A stretch of 64,000 nt of DNA from assembly GCA_958295485.1 (NCBI GenBank), contig OY282354.1, positions 2,083,417 through 2,147,416 on the forward strand, written 5' to 3'. The notes under the pieces are model-generated. The model was not told where the DNA came from. It was given only the letters and a program-made list of their open reading frames with translations, and did not search any database. Origin of the DNA: an uncultured Gammaproteobacteria bacterium. GTDB lineage: Bacteria; Pseudomonadota; Gammaproteobacteria; Eutrophobiales; Eutrophobiaceae. Within the stretch, counting starts at the first letter, position 1. Each line of letters opens with the position of its first letter. This document shows positions 1 to 10,406 of the stretch, one piece after another. The position numbers were made by a program, and so were the translations under genes.

Positions 1-1378
1 CCGGCCTGTCAGCGATGAGGTCAGCAGCTGACGCAGGGGACGGAATACCCAATAAAGTAAAATTATAATTTGCCTTCTTTTTTTCGTAACTGTAACGCAG
101 GCCGAGCGTAGCGCGCCATTGCTCCGTGAAGTTATAACTGAATTGCCCAAATACGGCATAGGCCTCTGTCTCGACACTGGTGACATCAGCAATCCCCGTG
201 TCATAAAGTCCGCCGGCTGCCAAAGCTTGACCACCAAAGGGCTGGGCGCCAAACAGGAGTCGAAAGTCCTGCTCCGGTTCCTCAAAAAAGAGAAAAGCGC
301 CCACGAGCCATTCAAATGCCCCGTCATTCGTTGACGCCAACTGAAATTCCTGCAGTATCGACTCTGAACTTTCCGATGGCGCGGAGAATATTAAATTTAA
401 TTCAGAAACATCAAAATCCAGCGCCCAGGTTTGCTCATATTCCCGGTAACTGCTTAGAGACTTGAATTCCATCGCGCCCAAATCCCAAATTATTTCAGCG
501 CCGAAACCAAAATCTTCAAGATCGAGTTGAATTAGCGCATCTCCACTCGATGTCCTGACGTCGGTGCGGGGAAGGGCGCCAAACGCCAAACCGGCGTTCG
601 AGGCAAAAGGCGCCTGGATTTGCGCGGTTTGACCACGACTGCTTTCATCCTTGGTATAGTCACCAAACAAACGGACTGAAAGATTATCCGTCGCATGGAA
701 CAACAATTGCGGACGAAATGAAACCACGTCCGTTTCTTCAGAATCAGCATCAAGAAACGGATTGGTTGCATAGCCGTCATCAAAATTTCCCAGCGCGGCC
801 ACGCGCAGTATCGCCCTGTTTTCCGCCAGCGGGACATTGACGGCGCCACTCACTCGAATTGTCTCCGCATTGCCAGCCGTGAAATCGACATACCCGCCAA
901 ATTCTTCCTCTGGTTGCCTGTGGATGATATCTATAACGCCACCCGTCGCATTACGACCAAACAACGTTCCCTGAGGGCCTTTAATAACTTCAACACGCTC
1001 AATATCATAAAAATCGGTAATCGAACTGACTAACCTGGGGAGATAAACTCCATTCGAGTGTATTGCCACTGACCCTTCCAGGCCCACCGTGATCTGGTCG
1101 GTTCCCACGCCGCGCAGGAACGGTAAACCAAACTGCGCATTTGGCGTAAGTACGAAACCGGGGACGTGAAATTGTAAATCCGTCGTATACTCAATCCCTG
1201 ATTGTCTCAATTGTTCGCCACTCAGCGCATTGATGGTGATAGGAACATCCTGGAGACTCTCAGCTCGCCGTTGTGCCGTAATGACGATTTCTTCCAGTTG
1301 TTGCGCGGTCCCGGCAGGTGGGAGCAGCAGGCCAGCCAAACCAAGAAACAAGTACACTATGCGATTAGTCATCATAAA
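1..1378 (-). CDS. TonB-dependent outer-membrane receptor; the C-terminal part runs off the window start
   Basis: Reverse-strand translation from the ATG at 1378 gives MMTNRIVYLFLGLAGLLLPPAGTAQQLEEIVITAQRRAESLQDVPITINALSG...VEVIKGPQGTLFGRNATGG. This is a signal peptide followed by the TonB-dependent receptor plug motifs, with an open frame continuing to position 1. It is absent from the ORF track because it has no in-window stop. Confidence 0.85.
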
Positions 1379-1713
1379 CCTCCACAGGTATTTCCAGACC
1401 AAGTGATTTAGTTAATCAGTATAATCATTAACAGGGAATTCGGGTAGTATTTTCGATCTGTAACTCCTCCTTGACAGGAGAGGAAAAGGCGATAATGAAT
1501 TATCTGATATATGCGCATAATATATATTATGTTAAATAGTGTTTTGTCCCGGCATGGCTATTGACTTTTTTCGGGTTTTTCAGTATAGATTATAAGTTAA
1601 AGCAAAATGACATAACTTGACTGTAATGGACTGTTACCAAAATAAAAATTGATATTCCGGTTTCATCACGGCGAGCCATTTCGTCATGCCGCGCTGGATA
1701 CTGATAAATAATT

Positions 1714-2901
1714 ATGGTGAATAAAAAGTTATCGCGACGCGCCTTTATGCAGGTGAGCTCAGCAGGGCTTGTTGCATTGCCATCCGCCCTGCTATCCCCT
1801 CCCCTGCATGCCCGGATTGGAAAAATTGCGATTGAGGACATGGTCGTCATCAATGCGCTTGGGGGTATATCCAACCAGAACCTCTGGGCCGGAAGCGTGG
1901 GGCATGAAAATGAGAATGTGGGACAGGCAACCCTGAGGCGTATCCGCAGTATTGATCATCGCGCTATCAAAGATACACGCGCTTCCGGCACAACGGCAAT
2001 TAATGTGACCCTGGGTTATGTCGCGGGGCCGGAAGAACCTTATGAATATACGATTGATGACATTGCTGAATGGAATGCCTTGATTCGTCAATATCCGAAT
2101 GATCTACTCAAGGTCTGGACTGTCGATGATATATTGAAAGCCAAAAAAGAAAATAAGACAGGCATTATTTTTGGTTTTCAAAATGCGGAAAGCGTTGGCA
2201 ATAAGCTGGAGCGCGTAGAAACTTTTTCTAATCTCGGGGTAAGAATCATTCAGTTGACTTATAACGATCGTAATCACATTGGTAACGGTAGCGCAATGCC
2301 GGGAAACCGTGGTTTGACCCCATTTGGCTTTGAGGTCATCAAGGCATTGAATAAAAACAGGATATTGATCGACCTGAGTCACAGTAATGAAAAAACTTGT
2401 CTTGATGCCGTCAAGATATCCGGAATGCCAATTACGGTATCCCATACCGGTTGTCGCGCGCTGGTTGATATACCCAGAAATAAAAGTGACGCCGAATTGC
2501 GCCTGGTGGCGCAAAAAGGCGGAGTCGTTGGCATCTACTTCATGCCTTTTCTCAAGGAAGATGGACAAGCCCGCGCGGTCGATGTGGTTCGGCATATTGA
2601 GCATGCCCTTAATGTCTGCGGAGAAGAGCATGTGGGCATAGGGACCGATGGCGACGCCACGACAATAGATGATATGGCGATGTATCGCAGTGCAATAGCC
2701 CGTGAAGTATGGCAACGAAAGCAGGCCGGGATTGGAGCGGCGGGAGAATCGAACCAGGTCATACCACTTATCCCTGACCTGATGGGACCCACGCAGTTTC
2801 AAAAACTGGCTGATATGCTCCATCTGCGCGGCCATTCCAGCGCCAGGATCGAGAAAATACTCGGTGGGAACTTCCTGAGATTGATGCTGGAAGTATGGTA
2901 A
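1714..2901 (+). CDS. membrane dipeptidase (peptidase family M19) with a Tat-type signal peptide
   Basis: N-terminus SRRAFMQVSSAG resembles a twin-arginine signal. The conserved renal-dipeptidase motifs QLTYNDRN, DLSHS and VSHTG are present. Confidence 0.8.
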   Translation: MVNKKLSRRAFMQVSSAGLVALPSALLSPPLHARIGKIAIEDMVVINALGGISNQNLWAGSVGHENENVGQATLRRIRSIDHRAIKDTRASGTTAINVTLGYVAGPEEPYEYTIDDIAEWNALIRQYPNDLLKVWTVDDILKAKKENKTGIIFGFQNAESVGNKLERVETFSNLGVRIIQLTYNDRNHIGNGSAMPGNRGLTPFGFEVIKALNKNRILIDLSHSNEKTCLDAVKISGMPITVSHTGCRALVDIPRNKSDAELRLVAQKGGVVGIYFMPFLKEDGQARAVDVVRHIEHALNVCGEEHVGIGTDGDATTIDDMAMYRSAIAREVWQRKQAGIGAAGESNQVIPLIPDLMGPTQFQKLADMLHLRGHSSARIEKILGGNFLRLMLEVW

Positions 2902-2949
2902 AGCTGGTTTTCAGCTAAAAAATATCTTACTAAATAACGGAGCAATTTA

Positions 2950-4230
2950 ATGAAACACTTGTTGACTTTGGTTTTTCTATTATCAAGCGCCACTGCCTTG
3001 GCGGATAGTTACGTGATTCATGCCAAGGCATTGTTTGATAGTGTCTCTGGTCAAGTTCTTGAAGAACAGAGCATTCGCGTGGCTGATGGGAAAATCATCT
3101 CGGTTGCAGCTGGTTATAAAGATGTTACAGCCGATGAGAAGTTGATCGATTTGCGCGATTCCACCGTCATGCCGGGATTAATGGATATGCATGTACACCT
3201 GGATATGGAACTTGACCCAAAGTCATATTCGGAAAAGTATACGCTCAACCCGGCTGATCGCGCCTTCAGGTCAACGGTATACGCCCGGCGTACATTGCAA
3301 GCCGGGTTTACGACCGTGCGCAATACCGGGGACACTGACAATGTTACCATCTCCCTGCGCAACGCGATTGAACAAGGACTGGTAGACGGCCCGCGCATAT
3401 TTACCGCAGGAAAGGGCATTTCCGTGACCGGTGGTCATATGGATCCTACCAGTGGAAATAGTTATGATCTGATGGGTGATCCCGGTCCGGCAGATGGCGT
3501 GGTTAACGGACCTTTTGAAGCGCGTAAGGCGGTGCGCCAGCGTTATAAAGATGGCGCTGATGTGATTAAGCTGACTGCCACGGGAGGTATGCTAAGCAGG
3601 ACAAAAAATGGTCAGGCCCCGCATTTCGCCATGGATGAGATTGAAGCGATTGTGGAGACCGCCAGGGATTATGGCATGGTCGTGGCTGCGCATGCCCATG
3701 GCGCTGAGGGAATCAAGCGAGCTATACGCGCCGGCGTCGATTCCATCGAACATGGCACTGAGCTGGATGATGAAGGAATACGCCTGATGAAGAAGCACGA
3801 TACTTACCTGGTGCCGACAATGATGGCGCCGGATTTTGCTGTACAACAAGCGCGAATTGATGGTTTTTTTCCGAAAATCGTACAGGCAAAAATAAGTGTA
3901 TTTGAGCAAATTGTTCCCGCCATGGTGAATAAAGCCTATAAGAGTGTTGTCAACATTGCCTTTGGCACTGACAGTGGAGTGACGCCCCATGGGAAGAATG
4001 GAAAGGAGTTTGTCTTATTGGCAGGAGCCGGGATGAAGCCGGAGCATGCCTTGCAAGCAGCGACGATCAACGCAGCGAGGTTACTCAGAATTGAAGGTGA
4101 AGCGGGCAGTATTGAAGCTGGAAAACGAGCGGATGTCATTGCAGTAAAAGGTGACCCTCTAACAGACATCAGCCTGATGCAGAATGTCAACTTCGTCATG
4201 AAGCAGGGCAAAATCCATAAACAGGAATAA
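2950..4230 (+). CDS. secreted metal-dependent amidohydrolase family protein
   Basis: Signal peptide MKHLLTLVFLLSSATALA. The DMHVHLD metal-binding motif and AAHAHGAEG / FGTDSG match amidohydrolase superfamily signatures. Confidence 0.7.
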   Translation: MKHLLTLVFLLSSATALADSYVIHAKALFDSVSGQVLEEQSIRVADGKIISVAAGYKDVTADEKLIDLRDSTVMPGLMDMHVHLDMELDPKSYSEKYTLNPADRAFRSTVYARRTLQAGFTTVRNTGDTDNVTISLRNAIEQGLVDGPRIFTAGKGISVTGGHMDPTSGNSYDLMGDPGPADGVVNGPFEARKAVRQRYKDGADVIKLTATGGMLSRTKNGQAPHFAMDEIEAIVETARDYGMVVAAHAHGAEGIKRAIRAGVDSIEHGTELDDEGIRLMKKHDTYLVPTMMAPDFAVQQARIDGFFPKIVQAKISVFEQIVPAMVNKAYKSVVNIAFGTDSGVTPHGKNGKEFVLLAGAGMKPEHALQAATINAARLLRIEGEAGSIEAGKRADVIAVKGDPLTDISLMQNVNFVMKQGKIHKQE

Positions 4231-4244
4231 GCCAAACATGGTGA

Positions 4245-4961
4245 TTAACCGGCGTGAAAGGCCCCTTCCAATGCTACTTCTATCATTGGGTCCAGGCTGG
4301 TCCGGCGCTCTTCAGCAGACAGTCCTTTAGGGGCGCGTACCTCATCAGTGACGGTGCAAAGCGCAACCGCTTTGGCGCCATATTCGGCGGCCACGCCATA
4401 AATGCCCGCCACATCCATCTCCACTACGGGGATATTCAATCTTTCCATGATGTCCCACATCTCGCTGCCCGGAGGCGGATAAAATAAATCCGACGAGAAG
4501 ATATTCGCTACATGGAACCGGACGCCCTTCATCCTTGCAGCCGTTACGACATTCTCCAGCAGTTCATAATCAGCCAGGGCGGCGAAGTCAAAACCATTAA
4601 ACCGGACCCGATTTACCCCGGAGTCAGTGGAAGCCCCCAGCGCGATGACAATATCCCCCAGCTTGACTGACGCGGCAACCGTCCCACAGTTTCCCACGCG
4701 AATAATGCGTTTTACGCCATATTCGATGATCAATTCGGCACAGTAAACTGAGGCTGAGGGTATCCCTGTGTCATGAGCTATCACAGAAATCTTCTTCCCC
4801 TTGTAGGCGCCGGTGAAACCCAGCATGTTTCTGACATCCGTGATTTGTCCGGCGCCGCTCATATATTTCTCTGCAATATATTTCGCTCGCAGTGAGTCGC
4901 CGGGCATGAGTACTGTTTCGGCAAAATCACCCGGCTGCGCGTTAAAAATATTCGCGGTCAT
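4245..4961 (-). CDS. deoD: purine nucleoside phosphorylase, DeoD type
   Basis: About 238 aa, with motifs GDSLRAKYIAE, IRVGNCG and VEMDVAGIY typical of hexameric PNP/DeoD. Confidence 0.8.
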   Translation of the reverse strand: MTANIFNAQPGDFAETVLMPGDSLRAKYIAEKYMSGAGQITDVRNMLGFTGAYKGKKISVIAHDTGIPSASVYCAELIIEYGVKRIIRVGNCGTVAASVKLGDIVIALGASTDSGVNRVRFNGFDFAALADYELLENVVTAARMKGVRFHVANIFSSDLFYPPPGSEMWDIMERLNIPVVEMDVAGIYGVAAEYGAKAVALCTVTDEVRAPKGLSAEERRTSLDPMIEVALEGAFHAG

Positions 4962-5221
4962 GCCTCAACGCTATTGGCCAACGTTATTGAGATGCCCTGG
5001 TGGACATATCTTCAATAGCAGCCGGAAAGAGTGTAACGGGCCTTCGCCGGGTTTTGTCCCGTTGTACATTGTTGCGCTAACGGTATCGGCCAACTTGCCC
5101 GTGGACAGCGCCGGCTGGATATTGTTCAGCCATTACCTTATTCCTTCATAGACGATATTGCCGTCCAGGAGCGTTATCAGCGCGCCTTCATTGTAGAACG
5201 AACGGAATCGAAAACCTGGAT

Positions 5222-7501
5222 TTACTTCCAGCTATAGGATATCGTGCCGCCGGCCCAGCGCGGGTTGGCGTAAGCGTTATTGCCAATCGATAAAGTACTG
5301 ATGTCCAGCGAATAGAGACGATATGCCGTATCACTCACGTTATTGACAAAAGCGGCCAGCTTCCAGCGTTCATCTCCTGTTGTATAACTGACGCGGAAAT
5401 TCCCAATCACATAAGAATCTTCCTGGTCCAGCGGCGCGCACAGCGCGCTGAAACAGAAGTCATCCGAATAGTTGAAATCACCCTGTATCGCCATAGCGCC
5501 GCCAAATGCCGGCCATTCATACCGGGCCAGCCCATTCAGGCTGACTGTCGGGGCATACGGCAAGTCATTATCAACCAAACGGCCACTGGGCAGGAGAACG
5601 TCTTTCACTTCACTATCCATGAATGACGCGCCAAAACGGAAACTCAAGCGGTCCGTAGGCGCCAAGGCCAATTCAACCTCGCCACCGACTGCTTCCGCAT
5701 CCAGGTTGATAATGGACAAGGCAGCCGGTATCACACCCGGGATAACGATAAAAGCCTGGTAGTCCTGGTAATCGTAATAAAAGGCGCTGGCATTCAACTG
5801 TGCCCGTCCATCCAGTAAAGTGGTCTTGATACCCATTTCCCAGCTGTGCAACACTTCTTCATCATGTGGAAATGTTGGAATGGGGGTAGTTGGATTGCCT
5901 CCTGCCGGAACTCGCGACGCGCCGGCTTTGTGACCTCGGTTGAAACTGGCAAAGATCAAGGTATCATCGGTCGGCCGCCAGTCGATTTCGAATTTGGCGG
6001 AAACATTTTCAAAATTCTGGTCAAACAGGTCAAAATCCGGATCAGTCGACAGGTCAAACGGGACAGTGAGCGTGAACCCAAGGCCCGTAACGTTTCCACC
6101 AAGAACATCCGCTGATTCGAAGACCGTATCCTTCTTATCTTCCGTGTAGCGCAAGGCGGCAATCACGCTCCAGTTTTCATTCAAGTCATATTCAAGGTGG
6201 CCGAATATCGCCCAGGATTTAGTCTCTACACTATTGGTCGTCGGTCCTGAGATATAATTAGCGGGTTCGCCGAAGGAAAAAGTCGGGGAGGTAAAAGGCA
6301 GATCTAAAAAGTAATTAAGGTTCCCGGCATGTTCGATATCCAGGTAATAAAACCCCGTAGTCCAACGCAGGTTCTCACCTGCGGCGCTGCTTAACCTCAG
6401 TTCCTGTGAGAATTGTTCAAAATCCTGGTCGGTAATAAAGACGAAAACAGGATTGGGAGAACCATCCGTGTCTTCACCATAGTTTTTATTCATCTGCAGG
6501 TAATCAGTGACGGACGTCAGGGTGACAGCGCCAATATCCCAGGTCAACTTACCGGTAATGCCGGCAATTGCCCGGCGAAATTCCCCGGTGTAATCATAGG
6601 AACCGGTGAAGGGGTCGTCATCGGGATCCCTGTAACCAAAAAAATCACATCCCGGGCAAAAACCATTAACCAGGGAATCGGGGCCGATCTCATAACCGAG
6701 GCCATCTTCATCCGCCGAAATGGGCGTATGCGTGTAAGCATTGCCTTGGTCGTCATCATCATTGGCGTAATGCACTTTCAGGTTCACAGTCACGTCCTCG
6801 CTGGCGCGATATTCCAACTGGCCGCGTAAGGCATAGTGTTCACTGCCCCGGACGTCTGGTCCAATTCGATTCTCCCCTACCCCATCATGAAAATTACCGG
6901 CGAAAGAGACCCGCGCCAGGAGATTGTCGGTCAGCGCGCCGCTGAGCGCGCCTTCAAATTTCTTTTGATCGTAAGAGCCATAGGTAAATTCAGCATAGCC
7001 TTCAAACTCCTCCGTCGGTTTCGCAGTGATAAAATGCATCAGTCCACCCGTTGCATTCCTGCCAAACAAAGTCCCCTGCGGCCCGCGTAACACTTCCACG
7101 CGTTGCAAATCAAATAATTGCGCGTGTCCGGCGCCCATGGCGCTGACATAGGCCTCATCAACATACATGGCTATCGGGGGCTCAAGCTGATCGGCAAAAT
7201 CATTCTGCGAGATTCCACGGATCACAGTCGTCGTCAAGGTGGGATGAAACTGGATGATATTCAAGGCAGGCGTTTGCGCGGCGATATCGATGGTATTCGT
7301 GTAACCCAATTCCCGGATTTGATTGCCGCTGAAAGCCGTAACGGAAATGCCCACGTCTTGCAGACTCTGCTCGCGCTTTTGCGCCGTCACCACGATTTCT
7401 TCAAGCACTACCGCCTGGGCAGGCAAGCCGACAATCCCCACGGCAAACAGGACCCATGTCATGAATTTTATTGTTGTTGATACATAAAGCCGTAGCGTCA
7501 T
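5222..7501 (-). CDS. TonB-dependent receptor
   Basis: Plug motifs LEEIVVTAQKREQSLQDVGISV and VEVLRGPQGTLFGRNATGG, and a C-terminal beta-barrel ending ...ISYSWK. The start is trimmed to MTLRL at 7501, since the track's upstream extension lacks a signal peptide. Confidence 0.9.
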   Translation of the reverse strand: MTLRLYVSTTIKFMTWVLFAVGIVGLPAQAVVLEEIVVTAQKREQSLQDVGISVTAFSGNQIRELGYTNTIDIAAQTPALNIIQFHPTLTTTVIRGISQNDFADQLEPPIAMYVDEAYVSAMGAGHAQLFDLQRVEVLRGPQGTLFGRNATGGLMHFITAKPTEEFEGYAEFTYGSYDQKKFEGALSGALTDNLLARVSFAGNFHDGVGENRIGPDVRGSEHYALRGQLEYRASEDVTVNLKVHYANDDDDQGNAYTHTPISADEDGLGYEIGPDSLVNGFCPGCDFFGYRDPDDDPFTGSYDYTGEFRRAIAGITGKLTWDIGAVTLTSVTDYLQMNKNYGEDTDGSPNPVFVFITDQDFEQFSQELRLSSAAGENLRWTTGFYYLDIEHAGNLNYFLDLPFTSPTFSFGEPANYISGPTTNSVETKSWAIFGHLEYDLNENWSVIAALRYTEDKKDTVFESADVLGGNVTGLGFTLTVPFDLSTDPDFDLFDQNFENVSAKFEIDWRPTDDTLIFASFNRGHKAGASRVPAGGNPTTPIPTFPHDEEVLHSWEMGIKTTLLDGRAQLNASAFYYDYQDYQAFIVIPGVIPAALSIINLDAEAVGGEVELALAPTDRLSFRFGASFMDSEVKDVLLPSGRLVDNDLPYAPTVSLNGLARYEWPAFGGAMAIQGDFNYSDDFCFSALCAPLDQEDSYVIGNFRVSYTTGDERWKLAAFVNNVSDTAYRLYSLDISTLSIGNNAYANPRWAGGTISYSWK

Positions 7502-7685
7502 GATGTCGATTCCCCCCGAATATTTTTCTCGGAATTCCGAGCCTGGTCTGTTAAACTCTATAATGTGCGTAATGCGCACTATGGAACGATATACGTTCAT
7601 ATACATTAAGTGATCTCAGTTTTGATGTCAAGAAAAAAGACGTGCTGTTGCAGACAAACAACACTCAAGGTGAGAATTAATAACT

Positions 7686-9653
7686 ATGGCTAAATACAGA
7701 AAAAATGATGATCCCGATGAATCAGGTCTGAATGCGGCTATTACCCGTCGTGACTTTATCAATACGAGTTTGATCGGCAGTGGCGCAGCCCTGTTGTCAA
7801 TGAACGCGCCCGGGTTGTTGCAATCGGCCAACGCCCAGGCGCGGTTGGCTACCCTGGACAAAGACTGGAACGGTTATGGCGGGGTGGGAGATTATGCCCG
7901 ATCCAACGGCAACACGGCCGAGGTGGTTAACGCCGCCCACGATATTCGCGATCGGCAATATAGTTTCACCGCGGACAGTATCAATGACACGGGGGAGATT
8001 TTTGATATGGTCGTTGTGGGCGGCGGCTTTGGCGGTCTGGGCGCCGCCTATACCTTCATGCAGGAAGCAGGTAAAAACCAACGTTGCCTTATCCTGGACA
8101 ACCACGCCATTTTCGGCGGTGAAGCCAAGCAAAATGAATTTGATGTAGATGGTACGCATCTCACGGCCCCGCAAGGTTCCAATGGCATGGTATGGCCGCC
8201 AAAGTATGCCGAAAAATACGATTTGTTTCACCGATATTGGCATGAACTTGGCTTGCCGACAGAATTTACCTTCCAGGAAGTCACAGGCAGTCAACCTGGT
8301 TTAGCCGTGCCGGAAGACCACTATACATCCATGTACAGTGATCGAGGCGCCGCCACCACCGGTTATTTCTTCGACAATGATCAAGGTGGTGAATGGGTCG
8401 TAGACCCCTGGAGCAATGACTTCAAAGAAGCGCCATTAACAGAAAAAGTGCGACAAGACTTGATACGCCTTGAAAACTACTATGACGCGCCGCCGAAGGA
8501 AAACTGGGAGGCGTGGTTGGATTCCATGACCTATCGGGATTTCATTATCAAGGAACTCAATTGTTCACCCGAAGTAATGCCCTTTGTTGATAAGGCCTTC
8601 GCTGCTGCCGGCGGTGGATTAGGTGGCGACCAGGTTTCTGCTTATACCGGGTTTGAATTTTATCTGCCTGGCGTCCGAGCTTATACGGATCGATTTTATG
8701 TAGCGCGAAATATTGATCCCGGCGATATTGAAAAAATTTTTCTGGTCAGCTGGCCGGGGGGCAATACCGGCACTGCGCGGCATTTTGTCAAGGCCATGAT
8801 CCCCGATGCCATCGCCGGCGGTCAAAGTTTACGCGCGGTGTTGTGGGGCAAAGTCAATTGGCAGGCTTTGGATCGGCCCGGCCAACAAATGCGCATTCGT
8901 CTGGAATCCACGGCCGTGCATATAGAGCACCAGGGAAAACCGGGCAATGCCGACTACGTGAACGTGACCTACCACAAAGGCGGCAAGCTGTTCCGTATCA
9001 AGGCCCGCTCAGTGGTCATGGCCAGTGGCGGCTGGGTGAATAAATATATCTTGCGCGACTTGCCCAAGTCGCATAAAGAGGCCTACCAGCAATTTTATCA
9101 TGCCCCTATCCTGACAGTGAACGTCGCCGTGCGTAATTGGCAGTTTATGGAACGCCTGGGGATCTCAGCAGCCCAATGGTTTAGTGGTTTCGGCTGGTAT
9201 ACCAACCTGCGCCGACAACCGATCATTGAGGGAAAAGTGGACCCGTTGGATCCCGGCAAGCCTACGGTACTGACATTTTATGTGCCTTATCTTAATACGG
9301 GGATGCCGCTACAGGCGCAGACGATTGTCGGCCGTAATCAATTATTCGCCAGCAGCTATCGCGACATTGAAATCCAGGTAAGAAAACAGATGCAAAAATT
9401 GTTCGGGATGGCCGGGTTCGATGGGAAACGGGATATTGCCGGGATCATCCTCAATCGCTGGGGTCATGCGTATATTGCGCCCCAGCCGGGATTTTACTTT
9501 GGGAAAAACGGTATGCCGGCGCCGCGGGAAGTGATCCGGCAGGGTTACGGTCGTATCGCCTTTGGCCACTCTGAGCTGTCCGGCCAGCAACTCTGGTCAC
9601 GCGGCGTGGAAGAAGGTGAGCGGGCCGCGAAACAGGCGCTGGGCCTGATTTAG
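7686..9653 (+). CDS. Tat-exported FAD/NAD(P)-binding oxidoreductase (amine-oxidase / spermidine-dehydrogenase-like family suspected)
   Basis: Twin-arginine motif TRRDFINTSLIGSGAALL. Rossmann dinucleotide fold DMVVVGGGFGGLGAAY near residue 110. Length is 655 aa. The specific family is a recollection-based guess. Confidence 0.6.
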   Translation: MAKYRKNDDPDESGLNAAITRRDFINTSLIGSGAALLSMNAPGLLQSANAQARLATLDKDWNGYGGVGDYARSNGNTAEVVNAAHDIRDRQYSFTADSINDTGEIFDMVVVGGGFGGLGAAYTFMQEAGKNQRCLILDNHAIFGGEAKQNEFDVDGTHLTAPQGSNGMVWPPKYAEKYDLFHRYWHELGLPTEFTFQEVTGSQPGLAVPEDHYTSMYSDRGAATTGYFFDNDQGGEWVVDPWSNDFKEAPLTEKVRQDLIRLENYYDAPPKENWEAWLDSMTYRDFIIKELNCSPEVMPFVDKAFAAAGGGLGGDQVSAYTGFEFYLPGVRAYTDRFYVARNIDPGDIEKIFLVSWPGGNTGTARHFVKAMIPDAIAGGQSLRAVLWGKVNWQALDRPGQQMRIRLESTAVHIEHQGKPGNADYVNVTYHKGGKLFRIKARSVVMASGGWVNKYILRDLPKSHKEAYQQFYHAPILTVNVAVRNWQFMERLGISAAQWFSGFGWYTNLRRQPIIEGKVDPLDPGKPTVLTFYVPYLNTGMPLQAQTIVGRNQLFASSYRDIEIQVRKQMQKLFGMAGFDGKRDIAGIILNRWGHAYIAPQPGFYFGKNGMPAPREVIRQGYGRIAFGHSELSGQQLWSRGVEEGERAAKQALGLI

Positions 9654-9682
9654 TTATTTATTGACCAGGTTCACTCGTCCCC

Positions 9683-10342
9683 ATGCTTTCCATTGATCAT
9701 AAAAACCTCATATGTTTGATCACAATCGACAGGCCACCGGTCAATGCCCTGGATTTATCATTGCTGGAGAAATTGGTTGAGGCGATATCCCAGGCAGGGA
9801 CACAGCGCGCCCAGGCGCTTATCCTGTCCGGGGCGCCCGGTCGATTTTGCGCGGGGCTCGATACAAAAAAACTGGCGACAGCGACAACCGGGGAGCGAGC
9901 GAAGATCATGTCATCGCTAAGCAAACTGCTGGCTACCGTAGCCAACTGTCCGGTACCCATCGCGGCAGCCATTACCGGGCACTGTCTGGGCGGCGGCGCG
10001 GCGCTTGCCGCATTGTGCGACTACCGGGTAATGGCAAGCGGAGATTACAAAATTGGCGTGCCGGAAGTGACGCTCGGCATTCAAATACCCAAAAAAGTGG
10101 ATCGCCTGTTAGCCCGGCTTGTAGGCGCGCGGCTCGCGCAACGGCTTTGCATGGAAGGCATCCTTTTCGACCCGGAGCAGGCCCGCCGGACAAACCTGGT
10201 TGATGTCCTGGTTGAGCCGGATAGCGTCACCGGCGCGGCAATTGATTGGTGTGAGCGTATTTTGTCCCTGCCGCAAGAGGCGATGTTGGCGATACGTTCG
10301 CAAGCTCGCGAAGAAATTCGCTCACTCTGTGAAGTTGAATAA
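9683..10342 (+). CDS. enoyl-CoA hydratase/isomerase (crotonase) family protein
   Basis: Crotonase-fold motifs ITIDRPPVNAL and GHCLGGGAALAALCDYRV. It lies 29 bp after the upstream gene on the same strand. Confidence 0.7.
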   Translation: MLSIDHKNLICLITIDRPPVNALDLSLLEKLVEAISQAGTQRAQALILSGAPGRFCAGLDTKKLATATTGERAKIMSSLSKLLATVANCPVPIAAAITGHCLGGGAALAALCDYRVMASGDYKIGVPEVTLGIQIPKKVDRLLARLVGARLAQRLCMEGILFDPEQARRTNLVDVLVEPDSVTGAAIDWCERILSLPQEAMLAIRSQAREEIRSLCEVE

Positions 10343-10406
10343 CAAAAAAAGCCGGTCCTCAATGGTCAGGATGCGGGTTAACCCCTAAGGAAATCAAACA
10401 GCGATC

